A stretch of DNA of 64,000 nt, taken from contig JBIKJE010000003.1 of assembly GCA_044361165.1 (NCBI GenBank), positions 15,888 through 79,887 on the forward strand. Reading direction: 5' to 3'. The DNA comes from Crocinitomicaceae bacterium (GTDB taxonomy: Bacteria; Bacteroidota; Bacteroidia; Flavobacteriales_D; Crocinitomicaceae). Shown here piece by piece: positions 1 to 9,650 of the stretch. Below the pieces are notes generated by a model. It did not search any database, was not told where the DNA came from, and saw only the letters and a list, made by a program, of their open reading frames with translations. Position 1 is the stretch's first letter, and each line of letters opens with the position of its first letter. The translations under genes were made by a program, and so were the position numbers.

Positions 1-265
1 TGGTTGAACCGATTTTTTTTCCATCCACGTCGTAAATGAATTGAACTGATTCCGGAGCTAGAATAAAATCTGTTGAATATGGATCCATTTCAACTTCAAA
101 AAATACTTTTCCTTTGATCAAACATTTTCCTTTCGCAACAGTCAAATCTTCTACATCGGAATTTACAATGACTTGTCTAAAAATCCTTGATTCCTTCAAA
201 TCACCCTCTTTTGCAAAAGATGACCAAGTGATTAAAATGAAGATGCAACTAAAAATGGATTTCAT
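1..265 (-). CDS. Secreted hypothetical protein, N-terminal part only (gene runs off the left edge)
   Basis: Hand translation of the minus strand from ATG at 263-265 gives MKSIFSCIFILITWSSFAKEGDLKES... The N-terminus looks like a signal peptide and the frame stays open to position 1. It is absent from the ORF track because there is no stop in the window. Confidence 0.5.
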   Translation of the reverse strand, partial: MKSIFSCIFILITWSSFAKEGDLKESRIFRQVIVNSDVEDLTVAKGKCLIKGKVFFEVEMDPYSTDFILAPESVQFIYDVDGKKIGST

Positions 266-290
266 AATTTTATTTGGTTTTTTCAGTGAC

Positions 291-1295
291 TTAATAATTT
301 GATAAATCAATTTCTATTCCGCCCCAATCTACTATATAGAATCCATTTCTCTCCAGGGGTTTGAGTATTTGAGGACTTACTTCGAACGGAAAATCAGGTT
401 GATTATTTCCAGCAAACAGCATGTAAATGCGATTTAAGTGATTGGGAGATGGATTGATTTTATATTTGGCAAATTGATCACATTGGTTATTTTGAACAAA
501 TTGTATTAAATAATAATTTTCCTTTTGCATTTGAGGCGCCCAGAAAGTAATAAAATCAGTTTTTTCATTGAAATTGAATCCCAGAGCAGTCAATGTTGAA
601 TCTAAATAGGAAACAATCTCTGCTTTAGAATTGATTGATCCACCAATTTCATCTTTATTTTGTTTGATACTTGATAGTTCAAAATGGATGTTTTTTTGTT
701 GACTTTCCCAAAATAGATAAGGATAATTTTGCTGTGAATTTTGGTCTGAAAGCACATTGTTTTCAAGTTTCATTTGCCAAGCTTGAGTGCTGTCTACACT
801 AGGATAAGTAAAGGTTAATGCTCCTATTGGAATCAATCGAAAATCAAAATTTGTGTTTTGATCTGAATAACAATAAATAACTGGTTTTTTGACCTTAAAT
901 TCAGTTTCTTCTTTCGTTTGCGTCATGAAAATCCTGAGTTTGATGCGGTGTTTGTTTTTCAAAGTATAATTTTCCAAGTAAGATGGATTATAATCCATCA
1001 GCACAAATTTCAAAATAGAATCTTTGAGTGCATTGGTCATTCTGAAATAACCTTTTTTATCACTTCGCGTCGTTTTTTCGCCAGCACTTACGATAACATT
1101 ACTCAATTTTTCTCTGACCTGATTTTCATTGTATTTATAGTCATAAATTGTTCCTTCAATTAAATATTTCCCGTTTGGAATTTTGGCATCATACTTATCT
1201 GAAACAATTTCATAACTCAAATGATACGGAATGTATTTTTCTGAAAAACAATAAATTGATTGAAATAGGATAAGAAATAATGCTAGTTTTTTCAT
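291..1295 (-). CDS. Secreted hypothetical protein, tandem paralog 1
   Basis: 334-aa ORF with a hydrophobic N-terminus (MKKLALFLILFQSIYCF). It is colinear with the adjacent 335-aa ORF, e.g. EKTDFITFWAPQMQ/EKTDFITYWGPRMQ and LKPLERNGFYIVDWGGI/LKPLERNGFYMVDWGGI. No family recognised. Confidence 0.7.
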   Translation of the reverse strand: MKKLALFLILFQSIYCFSEKYIPYHLSYEIVSDKYDAKIPNGKYLIEGTIYDYKYNENQVREKLSNVIVSAGEKTTRSDKKGYFRMTNALKDSILKFVLMDYNPSYLENYTLKNKHRIKLRIFMTQTKEETEFKVKKPVIYCYSDQNTNFDFRLIPIGALTFTYPSVDSTQAWQMKLENNVLSDQNSQQNYPYLFWESQQKNIHFELSSIKQNKDEIGGSINSKAEIVSYLDSTLTALGFNFNEKTDFITFWAPQMQKENYYLIQFVQNNQCDQFAKYKINPSPNHLNRIYMLFAGNNQPDFPFEVSPQILKPLERNGFYIVDWGGIEIDLSNY

Positions 1296-1301
1296 GATGA
1301 T

Positions 1302-2309
1302 TTAGTTTACAGGTTCGATTGAATTTCTCAATTTAATTCCGCCCCAATCAACCATGTAAAATCCATTTCGTTCTAAAGGTTTGAGTTTTTGTGGCAATGC
1401 AAAGTATGGAAAGTCGTTGGTTTCATTTCCCATAAAAAGCATGTAAAAACGGTTCAAGTGATCTGGTTTAGGATTGATTTCATAGCTGGCAATTTGTTCA
1501 CATTCATTGTTTTGCAAGAATTGAATTAAATAGTAATTTGCGTTTTGCATTCTAGGTCCCCAATAGGTAATAAAATCCGTTTTTTCTTGTGAATTAAAAC
1601 CTAAAACTGTCAAAGTGGAATCTAAAAAAGGTACAACTTGTGATTTTGAAACAATCGAGGCATTGATTTCTGCTTGGTCTTGTTTGAAAATCGCTCCGTT
1701 AAAATAAACGTTTTCTTGCTGACTTTCCCAGAATAAATAGGGATATTTTTGCTTCGATTTGACCTCAGTCAATTCATTGTTTTCCAAATTCATACTCCAA
1801 GTTTGATTCTCTTTCAAAAGTGGATATGCAAAAGATAATTTACCTACAGTATTGAGCTTTAAATCAAAATGAATGGTTTTTTCCGAATAACAATAAATCA
1901 CAGGTTTTTCAGCTACTGGAATATCATCTCCATAAACTTCAGGTATTCTGCTGATAAAGATTTTCATTTTAAGGTGTTGCTGACTTTGAATAGGATAATT
2001 TTCAAGATAATAGGTAGGAAAACCCTTTCTGTCAATTTGGAGATAACTTTCTGAGATTTTTGTGGTCATTTTGAACCATCCTTTGGAGTCTGTAACAACT
2101 TTTTTTGTGCCAGATTTAATGACCAAACTACTTAATTTTTGATTGCTTTGGATTTCGTAAACTGTGGCTTCGATGACATATTGCCCTTTGGGAATCTTGG
2201 TGCTCTTTTCATTTGAAACGATTTGGAAACTCGCAGAATAAGCTATTTTTTCTTTTCCAAAAACGGCGAAAACGAGAGTAAAGAATATGATAGAAATTGC
2301 AATTTTCAT
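1302..2309 (-). CDS. Secreted hypothetical protein, tandem paralog 2
   Basis: 335-aa ORF with signal-like N-terminus MKIAISIIFFTLVFAVFG. It sits 6 nt upstream of paralog 1 on the same strand and is similar over its full length. Confidence 0.7.
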   Translation of the reverse strand: MKIAISIIFFTLVFAVFGKEKIAYSASFQIVSNEKSTKIPKGQYVIEATVYEIQSNQKLSSLVIKSGTKKVVTDSKGWFKMTTKISESYLQIDRKGFPTYYLENYPIQSQQHLKMKIFISRIPEVYGDDIPVAEKPVIYCYSEKTIHFDLKLNTVGKLSFAYPLLKENQTWSMNLENNELTEVKSKQKYPYLFWESQQENVYFNGAIFKQDQAEINASIVSKSQVVPFLDSTLTVLGFNSQEKTDFITYWGPRMQNANYYLIQFLQNNECEQIASYEINPKPDHLNRFYMLFMGNETNDFPYFALPQKLKPLERNGFYMVDWGGIKLRNSIEPVN

Positions 2310-2443
2310 GGTTTCAAGTTTTTATATAGAATTATAAATTTACGGTTTTTATTGATACAAGTAATCATAGAATTCGTTCAATCAGAAAGTTGTTTTTGTA
2401 TTTAAATTGTACTTTTATCAATTGAATTCTCGGTGTATCAATT

Positions 2444-3454
2444 ATGAAGGAAAATATTCAAACGACCTTATTTCAGTTACTCAAACAAAAAATGGCTGGC
2501 GACGATTCCCTTGGAAATGCGCTTTCCGATTTGTTAAGTATTTCTCCAGATGCAGTTTATCGTCGTTATCGAAATGAAACGCCACTCACCATTCAAGAGT
2601 TGAAAAAAATTTGCAATCATTATTCGATTTCATTTGACGCTTTATGCGAAATGGGAGAAGGGAAAGTCGTATTTTCTTATCCGCCACTAAACACCTTTGA
2701 TTTCAGTTTAGAATCTTATTTAGAAGGAATATTACAAGCATTTCAAAAATTAAAATCACTTTCAAGTCCTGAAATTATTTTATCGGTAAATAATGTTCAT
2801 TTATTCCAGTTATTGAATTTTCCACAATTGGTTCGTTTCAAATTGTATTTTTGGGCAAAAACACATTTGCAAATCCCTGATTATAAAGACAAACCTTTTC
2901 GACATGAAAAGACTAGTGAAAATGCATTTGCATTGGGAAAAGAAATTTTGCAGATTTACAATTCAATTCCTTCCAAAGAGATTTATGACTTTGATTTCAT
3001 GCGTGGATTTATGCGTCAAATTCAATATTACTATAAAGCGCATCACTTCGAAGATCCAGAATATGCACTTTTTTTATTCGATCGAATGCTGCTAATGTCT
3101 AATCACATAAAAGAGCAAGCCAATATTGGTAAAAAGTTTATTTTTGGTACTCAGGCTCCTGCTTCTGGAAATTCATTTGAAATGTATTTGAATGAAACGA
3201 TAAATTCTGATGTCACATTTTACTATAATAGTAAGGAACAACAAGGATTATACTTGACACACAACATTATGAACTATCTGGAGACAACCAATCAAAGTTA
3301 CGTGTCTGATTCAAGGTTGATTATCGATAAACAATTGGCAAGTTCTAGTTTGATTAGCATCGTGAACGAGAAAGAGCGCAATCATTTCTTTTATGAATTC
3401 GACCGAACAATTCATCTTTTCAGAAAGAAAATAGAGGCTGATTTAGAAAATTAA
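2444..3454 (+). CDS. Helix-turn-helix transcriptional regulator (BetR/XRE-like N-terminal HTH, large C-terminal domain of unknown function)
   Basis: 336-aa ORF. The N-terminus (LGNALSDLLSISPDAVYRRYRNETPLTIQELKKICNHYSISFDAL) looks like an HTH. It is divergent from the paralog pair. Confidence 0.55.
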   Translation: MKENIQTTLFQLLKQKMAGDDSLGNALSDLLSISPDAVYRRYRNETPLTIQELKKICNHYSISFDALCEMGEGKVVFSYPPLNTFDFSLESYLEGILQAFQKLKSLSSPEIILSVNNVHLFQLLNFPQLVRFKLYFWAKTHLQIPDYKDKPFRHEKTSENAFALGKEILQIYNSIPSKEIYDFDFMRGFMRQIQYYYKAHHFEDPEYALFLFDRMLLMSNHIKEQANIGKKFIFGTQAPASGNSFEMYLNETINSDVTFYYNSKEQQGLYLTHNIMNYLETTNQSYVSDSRLIIDKQLASSSLISIVNEKERNHFFYEFDRTIHLFRKKIEADLEN

Positions 3455-3563
3455 AGTTTGTTATTTGCGTATTTCGCAACTCAACTAAAGTCACCTGCTG
3501 AATTCAGTTTTTAAATATGGGATTTTTACAGAAATATTTGTTCAATCAAAAAACAAATAAAGT

Positions 3564-4790
3564 ATGAAAACAAAAATCTTTTTTTCAGTATTAATTTGCT
3601 TTTCATTTTTAAAAGTGAATGGCCAGGAAAAACCAAATGAACCAACTTCTGCAACAAATCTTCCAACACTCGCTGTTGCAAATCCGTATGTAAATGGATT
3701 GACTTTTAAAGCAGAAACTGTTTCCAAAATGATTCGTCTGGAACTAATCAAAATGAAAAAATACAAAGTGTATGACGTTTTTGACATGGCTGATGTATTG
3801 AAAGGAAATGCTGAATTTTTGAATGAATGTTACGGACAAAACTGTTTGGTCAAAATGGGCAAGGAGTTGAATGTGGATTATGTAATGTGCGGAAGTTTTG
3901 ACGGTTTGGGAAATAAAATTGCCATCACGATCAAAATTGTCGATGTAAGGAATCATACCATTCTAAAATCTTCTGTAAAAGAATTTGACAACCAAGAATT
4001 GGAATTGCAACGAATGATTGAAATATTATTGAAAGAAATGCATGATATCGAGTTTTCAAAAGAAACTAGTGACCGCTTATCTTTTAAAAATGAACTTATT
4101 ACTTCAAACAACATCGGTAAAATAAACAATTCAGGTCCGAGAATTGGTATGGCATATTTATTAGGTTCTGTGAATGAATTTGCTGTCCGACCAGAATCTC
4201 AAGGAGGTTTGGGTATTTTTCCTGGTGTGAGTATGATTGGATATCAGTTGGAAAAACAATATGTTGGAACTGAAAATTTTTCTTCTTTGATTGAATGTGT
4301 AATCAATGTTTCTGGATTAGAACAAGGTCAATTTATTCCTTCTTTGACCTTAATGAATGGATTTCGATTTGGGAAATCAGGTTGGGAAATTGCTTTTGGT
4401 CCCGGTTTTGGAATCAAACAAACCTCAAATGGTTTTTTTGACAATGACAATTTATTTAGTGACAATCAACAATATTTTTCCGAAGATGATTGGGCAAAGT
4501 ATGCTGAAAGAAATTATTCCAATTTGCCTGAATACAATACAACGGGTCAGTTTGTAGCGCCAACGCCAGATAAATTCAATCACACCTATAACTTCGACAA
4601 AAAGTTTGGAGACCTGAGAGGAAAATATTCCATGAACACAATGTTTGTTTTTGGAGTAGGCAGAACATTCAGAGCAGGTGCATTAAATATTCCGGTGAAT
4701 GTTTTTTATTCATCGCAAAAAGGTGGCGGAATGACAGGTGTCAATGTTGGATTTAATGTTCAAAAACGCAAAAAACGAATTAATGACTAA
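3564..4790 (+). CDS. Secreted or outer-membrane hypothetical protein
   Basis: 408-aa ORF with signal peptide MKTKIFFSVLICFSFLKVNGQ. The C-terminal half is Gly/aromatic-rich with alternating, beta-barrel-like character (GVGRTFRAGALNIPVNVFYSS...GVNVGFNV). Confidence 0.6.
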   Translation: MKTKIFFSVLICFSFLKVNGQEKPNEPTSATNLPTLAVANPYVNGLTFKAETVSKMIRLELIKMKKYKVYDVFDMADVLKGNAEFLNECYGQNCLVKMGKELNVDYVMCGSFDGLGNKIAITIKIVDVRNHTILKSSVKEFDNQELELQRMIEILLKEMHDIEFSKETSDRLSFKNELITSNNIGKINNSGPRIGMAYLLGSVNEFAVRPESQGGLGIFPGVSMIGYQLEKQYVGTENFSSLIECVINVSGLEQGQFIPSLTLMNGFRFGKSGWEIAFGPGFGIKQTSNGFFDNDNLFSDNQQYFSEDDWAKYAERNYSNLPEYNTTGQFVAPTPDKFNHTYNFDKKFGDLRGKYSMNTMFVFGVGRTFRAGALNIPVNVFYSSQKGGGMTGVNVGFNVQKRKKRIND

Positions 4791-4826
4791 CAAAACAAGG
4801 TTGAAATTTTCGTCTTAGAACAAAGG

Positions 4827-4860
4827 GAAGGTGCAAGTTTGAAGCATTTTCTCTTTTTTT
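4827..4860 (+). terminator. Rho-independent terminator
   Basis: GAAGGTGC-loop-GCATTTTC stem (2 G-U pairs) followed by a T-run, just after the stop at 4790. Confidence 0.5.
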
Positions 4861-4949
4861 ATGTCGTGATTTTTGGATTCTAATTAACAAATTTTGTCAT
4901 TTATCTCCGAAAAATTTTATCTTTACCGCTCATTTAAAATAAGAAAAAA

Positions 4950-6479
4950 ATGGCTAAAAATTCATGGCGAGTAAAACCAATGAGTGCCTTTGAGGCTGAC
5001 ATGAAGAAAAGTGAATTGAAACGTGTTTTGACAAAATGGGGATTAACTTCATTGGGAATTGGTGCAATTATCGGTGGTGGTATATTTACTTTAACTGGAA
5101 TTGCAGCTCATAATCACGCTGGTCCTGGTTTAGCAATTGCATTTGTTATTGCAGGAATTGGATGTTTGTTTGCGTCTTTATGTTACGCTGAGTTTGCATC
5201 TGTTTTGCCAGTTGAGGGTTCAGCTTATGCTTATTCTTATGGCACCATGGGTGAGGTTTTTGCTTGGATAATAGGTTGGAATTTGATTCTTGAATACATG
5301 ATGGGTGCAACTACTGTTGCCGTTGCCTGGAGTGGTTATTTTGAAAAACTACTGCATCAATGTGGAATTCATCCCCCCTTGTGGCTAATGAACGACCCTG
5401 TTACAGCAGCAACTAAGGCACATGAAATGGGTATAGCTGCACCAAGCTTCTCTTTCAATTTACCAGCATTTTTGATTACTTGGGTAGTAACTTCGATCTT
5501 AGTGAGGGGAATCAAGGAAGCAGCAAAAACCAATAATTTGATTGTAATTTTAAAATTAGCTGTTGTACTTTTCGTAATTTTTGTTGGTTTCTTCTTTATC
5601 GATACTAAAAATTACACACCATTTGTTCCACCTGCAGAAGTAATCGACGGTGTTTCTCATTATGGATGGGGTTTTGGTGGTGTTTTGACTGCCGCCAGTA
5701 TTGTATTTTTTGCCTATATTGGTTTTGATGCAGTATCTACCCAATCTGGTGAAGCAATTAATCCTAAAAAAGACGTTCCATTCGCGATTATAGCATCCTT
5801 AATTATTTGTACCGTTCTATATATAGCCGTTTCTCTTGTTTTAACAGGAATGGTTGGCTTTAAAGATTTGGATATTAAGGCACCAGTTGCCTCGGCTTTT
5901 GAAGGTATTGGAATGCCATGGGCAACTGTACTCATCACGATTGCTGCAGTTGCTGGACTTACATCAGTGATGCTTGTCATGATGCTTGGTCAAACAAGAG
6001 TTTTCCTAGGAATGGCAAAAGATGGATTGTTGCCTTTCAAGATTTTTGGAGTGGTACATAAAAAATTTCAAACACCATATAGAAGTACAATTATCGTGGG
6101 ATTAATTATTTCTGTTGTTGCCTCCCTAACTCCAATTGATAAGGTTGCAGAAATGTGTAGTATGGGTACATTGTTGGCTTTTTCAATGATTTCTGTTGCT
6201 GTATTAATTTTGAGAATCAAACAACCTGATTTGCCGCGCCCGTTTAAAACACCATTCCTTCCTGTAGTTTCTGTTTTGGGAACACTATTTAATGTCGGTC
6301 TTATGTTTTTCGTCAAAACTGAAACGTGGATCGCTTTCTTGATTTGGACTGCTATTGGCTTTCTTGTATATTTCGCATATAGCCGTCGCCATAGTAAAGT
6401 AAGCGAATACAATTTTGAACAATCCCTTAAGGGACATGATGCTATTGTAAACGCATCAGAAAATCTTAATGAAGATTAG
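4950..6479 (+). CDS. APC-superfamily amino acid permease (cationic amino acid transporter-like)
   Basis: 509-aa polytopic ORF. N-terminal motifs are typical of APC permeases (LTSLGIGAIIGGGIFTLTG, CYAEFASVLPVEGSAYAYSY). Confidence 0.85.
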   Translation: MAKNSWRVKPMSAFEADMKKSELKRVLTKWGLTSLGIGAIIGGGIFTLTGIAAHNHAGPGLAIAFVIAGIGCLFASLCYAEFASVLPVEGSAYAYSYGTMGEVFAWIIGWNLILEYMMGATTVAVAWSGYFEKLLHQCGIHPPLWLMNDPVTAATKAHEMGIAAPSFSFNLPAFLITWVVTSILVRGIKEAAKTNNLIVILKLAVVLFVIFVGFFFIDTKNYTPFVPPAEVIDGVSHYGWGFGGVLTAASIVFFAYIGFDAVSTQSGEAINPKKDVPFAIIASLIICTVLYIAVSLVLTGMVGFKDLDIKAPVASAFEGIGMPWATVLITIAAVAGLTSVMLVMMLGQTRVFLGMAKDGLLPFKIFGVVHKKFQTPYRSTIIVGLIISVVASLTPIDKVAEMCSMGTLLAFSMISVAVLILRIKQPDLPRPFKTPFLPVVSVLGTLFNVGLMFFVKTETWIAFLIWTAIGFLVYFAYSRRHSKVSEYNFEQSLKGHDAIVNASENLNED

Positions 6480-6500
6480 TAAATAAACCCATTTTTTTTA

Positions 6501-6540
6501 AAAGTCAATCAATATTTTTTGATTGACTTTTTATTTTTAT
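6501..6540 (+). terminator. Rho-independent terminator
   Basis: Perfect 12-bp stem AAAGTCAATCAA/TTGATTGACTTT with a 6-nt loop, followed by a T-rich run. Confidence 0.75.
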
Positions 6541-6553
6541 CAAAAATCATTTT

Positions 6554-7996
6554 ATGTCACAAAATCAAGAATTAAAACGCACGCTCGGACTTTTTGATGC
6601 AACAAGTATTGTCGCTGGTTCGATGATTGGTTCAGGAATTTTTATTGTTACTACCATCATGGCGCGTGATATTGGTTCTGCTGGTTGGTTGCTGGTTTTG
6701 TGGGTTTTGACGGGATTAATAACAGTTTTCGCAGCCTTGAGTTATGGCGAATTGGCTGGTATGATGCCAAACGCTGGCGGCCAATATGTTTACATTCAAA
6801 GGGCGTATGGCCGAATGATTTCATTTCTTTATGGTTGGACAGTTTTTACAGTCATTCAAACGGGTGTAATTGCTGCTGTTGCGGTTGCATTTGCGAAGTT
6901 TACAGCCGTGTTTTTTCCAGAATTGAATGCGGTCATTTTTCAGTTTTCTAAATCTTTTGCACTAACGTACGCGCAATTATTAGCCATTTTTTCAATCGTG
7001 TTTTTGACCTTTATCAATACACGAGGAATCCAAAATGGAAAAAGAGTTCAGTTGATTTTTACTTCCGCGAAACTCATTGCACTTTTTGCATTGATTGTTT
7101 TGGGATTGGCATTCGGATTAAAAACGGATACTTTGGCAAATAATTTTCACGATATGTGGACGGCAAGTCAAACAATCGTTGATAAAGGAAGTGTAACCGT
7201 TATTCCGTTGTCAGGATTTGCATTATTGGGTGCAATGGGTGCAACGATTATCAATTCTCTTTTTTCCTCAGACGCATGGAATAACGTAACATTTATCGCT
7301 GCTGAAATAAAGGATCCAAAGAAAAATATTCCAAGGAGTTTGTTTTTGGGAACATTGATTGTAACTATAATATACATTTTAGCAAACTTGGCTTATTTAG
7401 CTTTGCTCCCTTTACATGGAAGTCATGAAGCAACTACCATTGTTGGAAAAGGAATCATGTTTGCAACTGACGATCGCGTTGGTACGGCAGCTTCTTCCGT
7501 GATTTTTGGGGATATTGCAGTTTATTTAATGGCAGGACTTATCATGATTTCAACGTTTGGATGTAACAATGGATTGATTTTAGCGGGTTCAAGATTGTTT
7601 TATGCCATGTCAAACGACAAATTGTTTTTTAAGAAAGCAGGTGTTTTAAATAAAAATCAAGTTCCTGCAACTGCGCTTTGGTTGCAATGTGTTTGGGCTT
7701 GTGTACTTTGTATTTCTGGTAAATATGGAGATTTGTTGATGTATTCAACCTTTGCATCTTTGATTTTTTACATTTTAACAATCGGAGGGATTTTTATTTT
7801 GCGTAAAAAAGAACCTGATACAGAAAGACCATATAAAGCTTTTGGTTATCCATTTATTCCAGCGCTTTATATTTTAGTAACATTGGCTATTTGTGTTGAC
7901 TTACTAATTTATCAACCGATCAATACTGGTTTAGGCTTAGGAATCGTTTTACTCGGAATTCCTGTTTACTATATGACTCAAAATAAATCTAATTAA
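6554..7996 (+). CDS. APC-superfamily amino acid permease (LAT/SteT-like)
   Basis: 480-aa polytopic ORF with motifs IVAGSMIGSGIFIV and YGELAGMMPNAGGQYVY. Confidence 0.85.
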   Translation: MSQNQELKRTLGLFDATSIVAGSMIGSGIFIVTTIMARDIGSAGWLLVLWVLTGLITVFAALSYGELAGMMPNAGGQYVYIQRAYGRMISFLYGWTVFTVIQTGVIAAVAVAFAKFTAVFFPELNAVIFQFSKSFALTYAQLLAIFSIVFLTFINTRGIQNGKRVQLIFTSAKLIALFALIVLGLAFGLKTDTLANNFHDMWTASQTIVDKGSVTVIPLSGFALLGAMGATIINSLFSSDAWNNVTFIAAEIKDPKKNIPRSLFLGTLIVTIIYILANLAYLALLPLHGSHEATTIVGKGIMFATDDRVGTAASSVIFGDIAVYLMAGLIMISTFGCNNGLILAGSRLFYAMSNDKLFFKKAGVLNKNQVPATALWLQCVWACVLCISGKYGDLLMYSTFASLIFYILTIGGIFILRKKEPDTERPYKAFGYPFIPALYILVTLAICVDLLIYQPINTGLGLGIVLLGIPVYYMTQNKSN

Positions 7997-8049
7997 ATCT
8001 TTGCAGATTATTCGAGAATTTGTATTTTTAGATCTTTAGAATCAAATAG

Positions 8050-8916
8050 ATGCAAAATCCTATTCATTTTTCAAAGAGATCACGGCGTGCAATAATCATT
8101 TTTACGATATCGATGATTGTAGTTGTGTTGATTCCAAGATTCTATTTTTTGATTAATCCTCCCCAAAAATTCACTTTCTCGCAAACTGCTTTTCAAAAAC
8201 AACATTACAAAAACGTTGAATTTAAAAAGCGAGAGAGAAAACAGTATTTTAAAAAATCATCAAAATTCAATGTTCCACGAGCTAAATTTGATCCGAATAA
8301 ATATAGCGAAGCAGATTGGATAAAATTGGGAATGAGTCCAAAACAAGCAGCAATAATTTTGAAATTTGGCAAACGAGGATTTTATTCGCCAGAAGATTTG
8401 AAACGTGTCTTTGTGATTTCGGACCAATTTTACAGTGTAATCAAAGACTCGTTGATTTTTCCTTCAAAACCAGCTTTCAATAAATTTGAGAAGTCAGAAT
8501 TTGAAATTAGAAAAGTTGCGAAGATTGAAATTAATACTGCATCAGAGGAAGAATTGCTTACCGTGAAAGGAATAGGGCCATTTTTCGCTAAACAAATAAT
8601 CAAGAAACGAACAGAATTAGGTGGATTTATTAGCAAAGAACAATTGCTCGAAGTATGGAAATTTGACCAAGAAAAATTGGACATAATCAGTCCCAACATT
8701 TCTGTAAGCTCAGATTTAGTTCAAAAAATCAATATCAATACTGCAACCGTTGAGATGTTAAAAGCACATCCATACATTAGATGGAACATCGCCAATTCAA
8801 TTGTAAAAATGCGCGCTCAAATTGGGTCGTTCAAAAAAATCGATGAATTGAAAAAGTCTGTGCTAATTACGGATGAGGTTTTTGAAAAGTTGAAACCTTA
8901 CGTTACGGTTGAATGA
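8050..8916 (+). CDS. ComEA-like helix-hairpin-helix DNA-binding protein with N-terminal membrane anchor
   Basis: 288 aa with one N-terminal TM segment and two HhH-type repeats (INTASEEELLTVKGIGPFFAKQIIKKR; INTATVEMLKAHPYIRWNIANSIVKMR). Confidence 0.7.
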   Translation: MQNPIHFSKRSRRAIIIFTISMIVVVLIPRFYFLINPPQKFTFSQTAFQKQHYKNVEFKKRERKQYFKKSSKFNVPRAKFDPNKYSEADWIKLGMSPKQAAIILKFGKRGFYSPEDLKRVFVISDQFYSVIKDSLIFPSKPAFNKFEKSEFEIRKVAKIEINTASEEELLTVKGIGPFFAKQIIKKRTELGGFISKEQLLEVWKFDQEKLDIISPNISVSSDLVQKININTATVEMLKAHPYIRWNIANSIVKMRAQIGSFKKIDELKKSVLITDEVFEKLKPYVTVE

Positions 8917-9078
8917 AAATCGCCAGTCAAAAGATTTGATTAAATTCAAACTTGCAAGGATTGTTCTTCGGTAAATTCTTCGTAAAATTGCAAACTAAAA
9001 AAGCCCATTTTTGATTTACTAAGAATTCTTATTAAGGTAATCATTCTTGGTTTAATTGTTTCAAATAATCAAAATTCA

Positions 9079-9606
9079 ATGATTGAAAATCAAATAAAAG
9101 CGGTAATACGTGACGTGCCAGATTTCCCTAAGCCGGGAATTATTTTCAAAGACATCACCCCAATCATGATGAATCCGGTTTTGTCGGCTGAGATATTAGA
9201 TCATTTGGTTGAAATGTACAAAGACCAAAAAATCGATAAAATTGCAGGAATTGAAAGTAGAGGATTTTTATTTGGTTATCCTTTGGCAATCCGATTGGGA
9301 ATTCCATTTGTCTTAATTAGAAAATCTGGAAAATTACCCTACGATAAAATTGGTTATTCTTACGATTTAGAATATGGTAGTTCAACCATCGAAATGCATA
9401 CAGATTCAATTGAAGTTGGAGAGAAAGTACTCATTCATGACGATTTATTAGCTACGGGAGGTTCTGCTGCGGCAGCTGCTGAATTGGTTAAAATGTGTGG
9501 TGGAGAAATTTTAGGCTTTAACTTTCTGGTTTCGTTAGATTTTTTAAATGGTGAAGAAAAATTGAAACAATATACTGAGAATATTGTTAATTTAGTGCGC
9601 TATTAA
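9079..9606 (+). CDS. apt: Adenine phosphoribosyltransferase
   Basis: 175 aa. It has the PRPP-binding motif [14 protein letters not shown] and an N-terminus typical of Apt ([19 protein letters not shown]). Confidence 0.92.
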   Translation: MIENQIKAVIRDVPDFPKPGIIFKDITPIMMNPVLSAEILDHLVEMYKDQKIDKIAGIESRGFLFGYPLAIRLGIPFVLIRKSGKLPYDKIGYSYDLEYGSSTIEMHTDSIEVGEKVLIHDDLLATGGSAAAAAELVKMCGGEILGFNFLVSLDFLNGEEKLKQYTENIVNLVRY

Positions 9607-9650
9607 GCAAAATTGATATAAAACAAAAGTTTACCCCAATACACATTAAA

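Noticed and set aside
4791-4949. Possible amino-acid-responsive leader or riboswitch upstream of the first APC permease
   Set aside because: The first third is explained by the upstream gene's terminator (4827-4860). The remainder is AT-rich with no discernible conserved structure.
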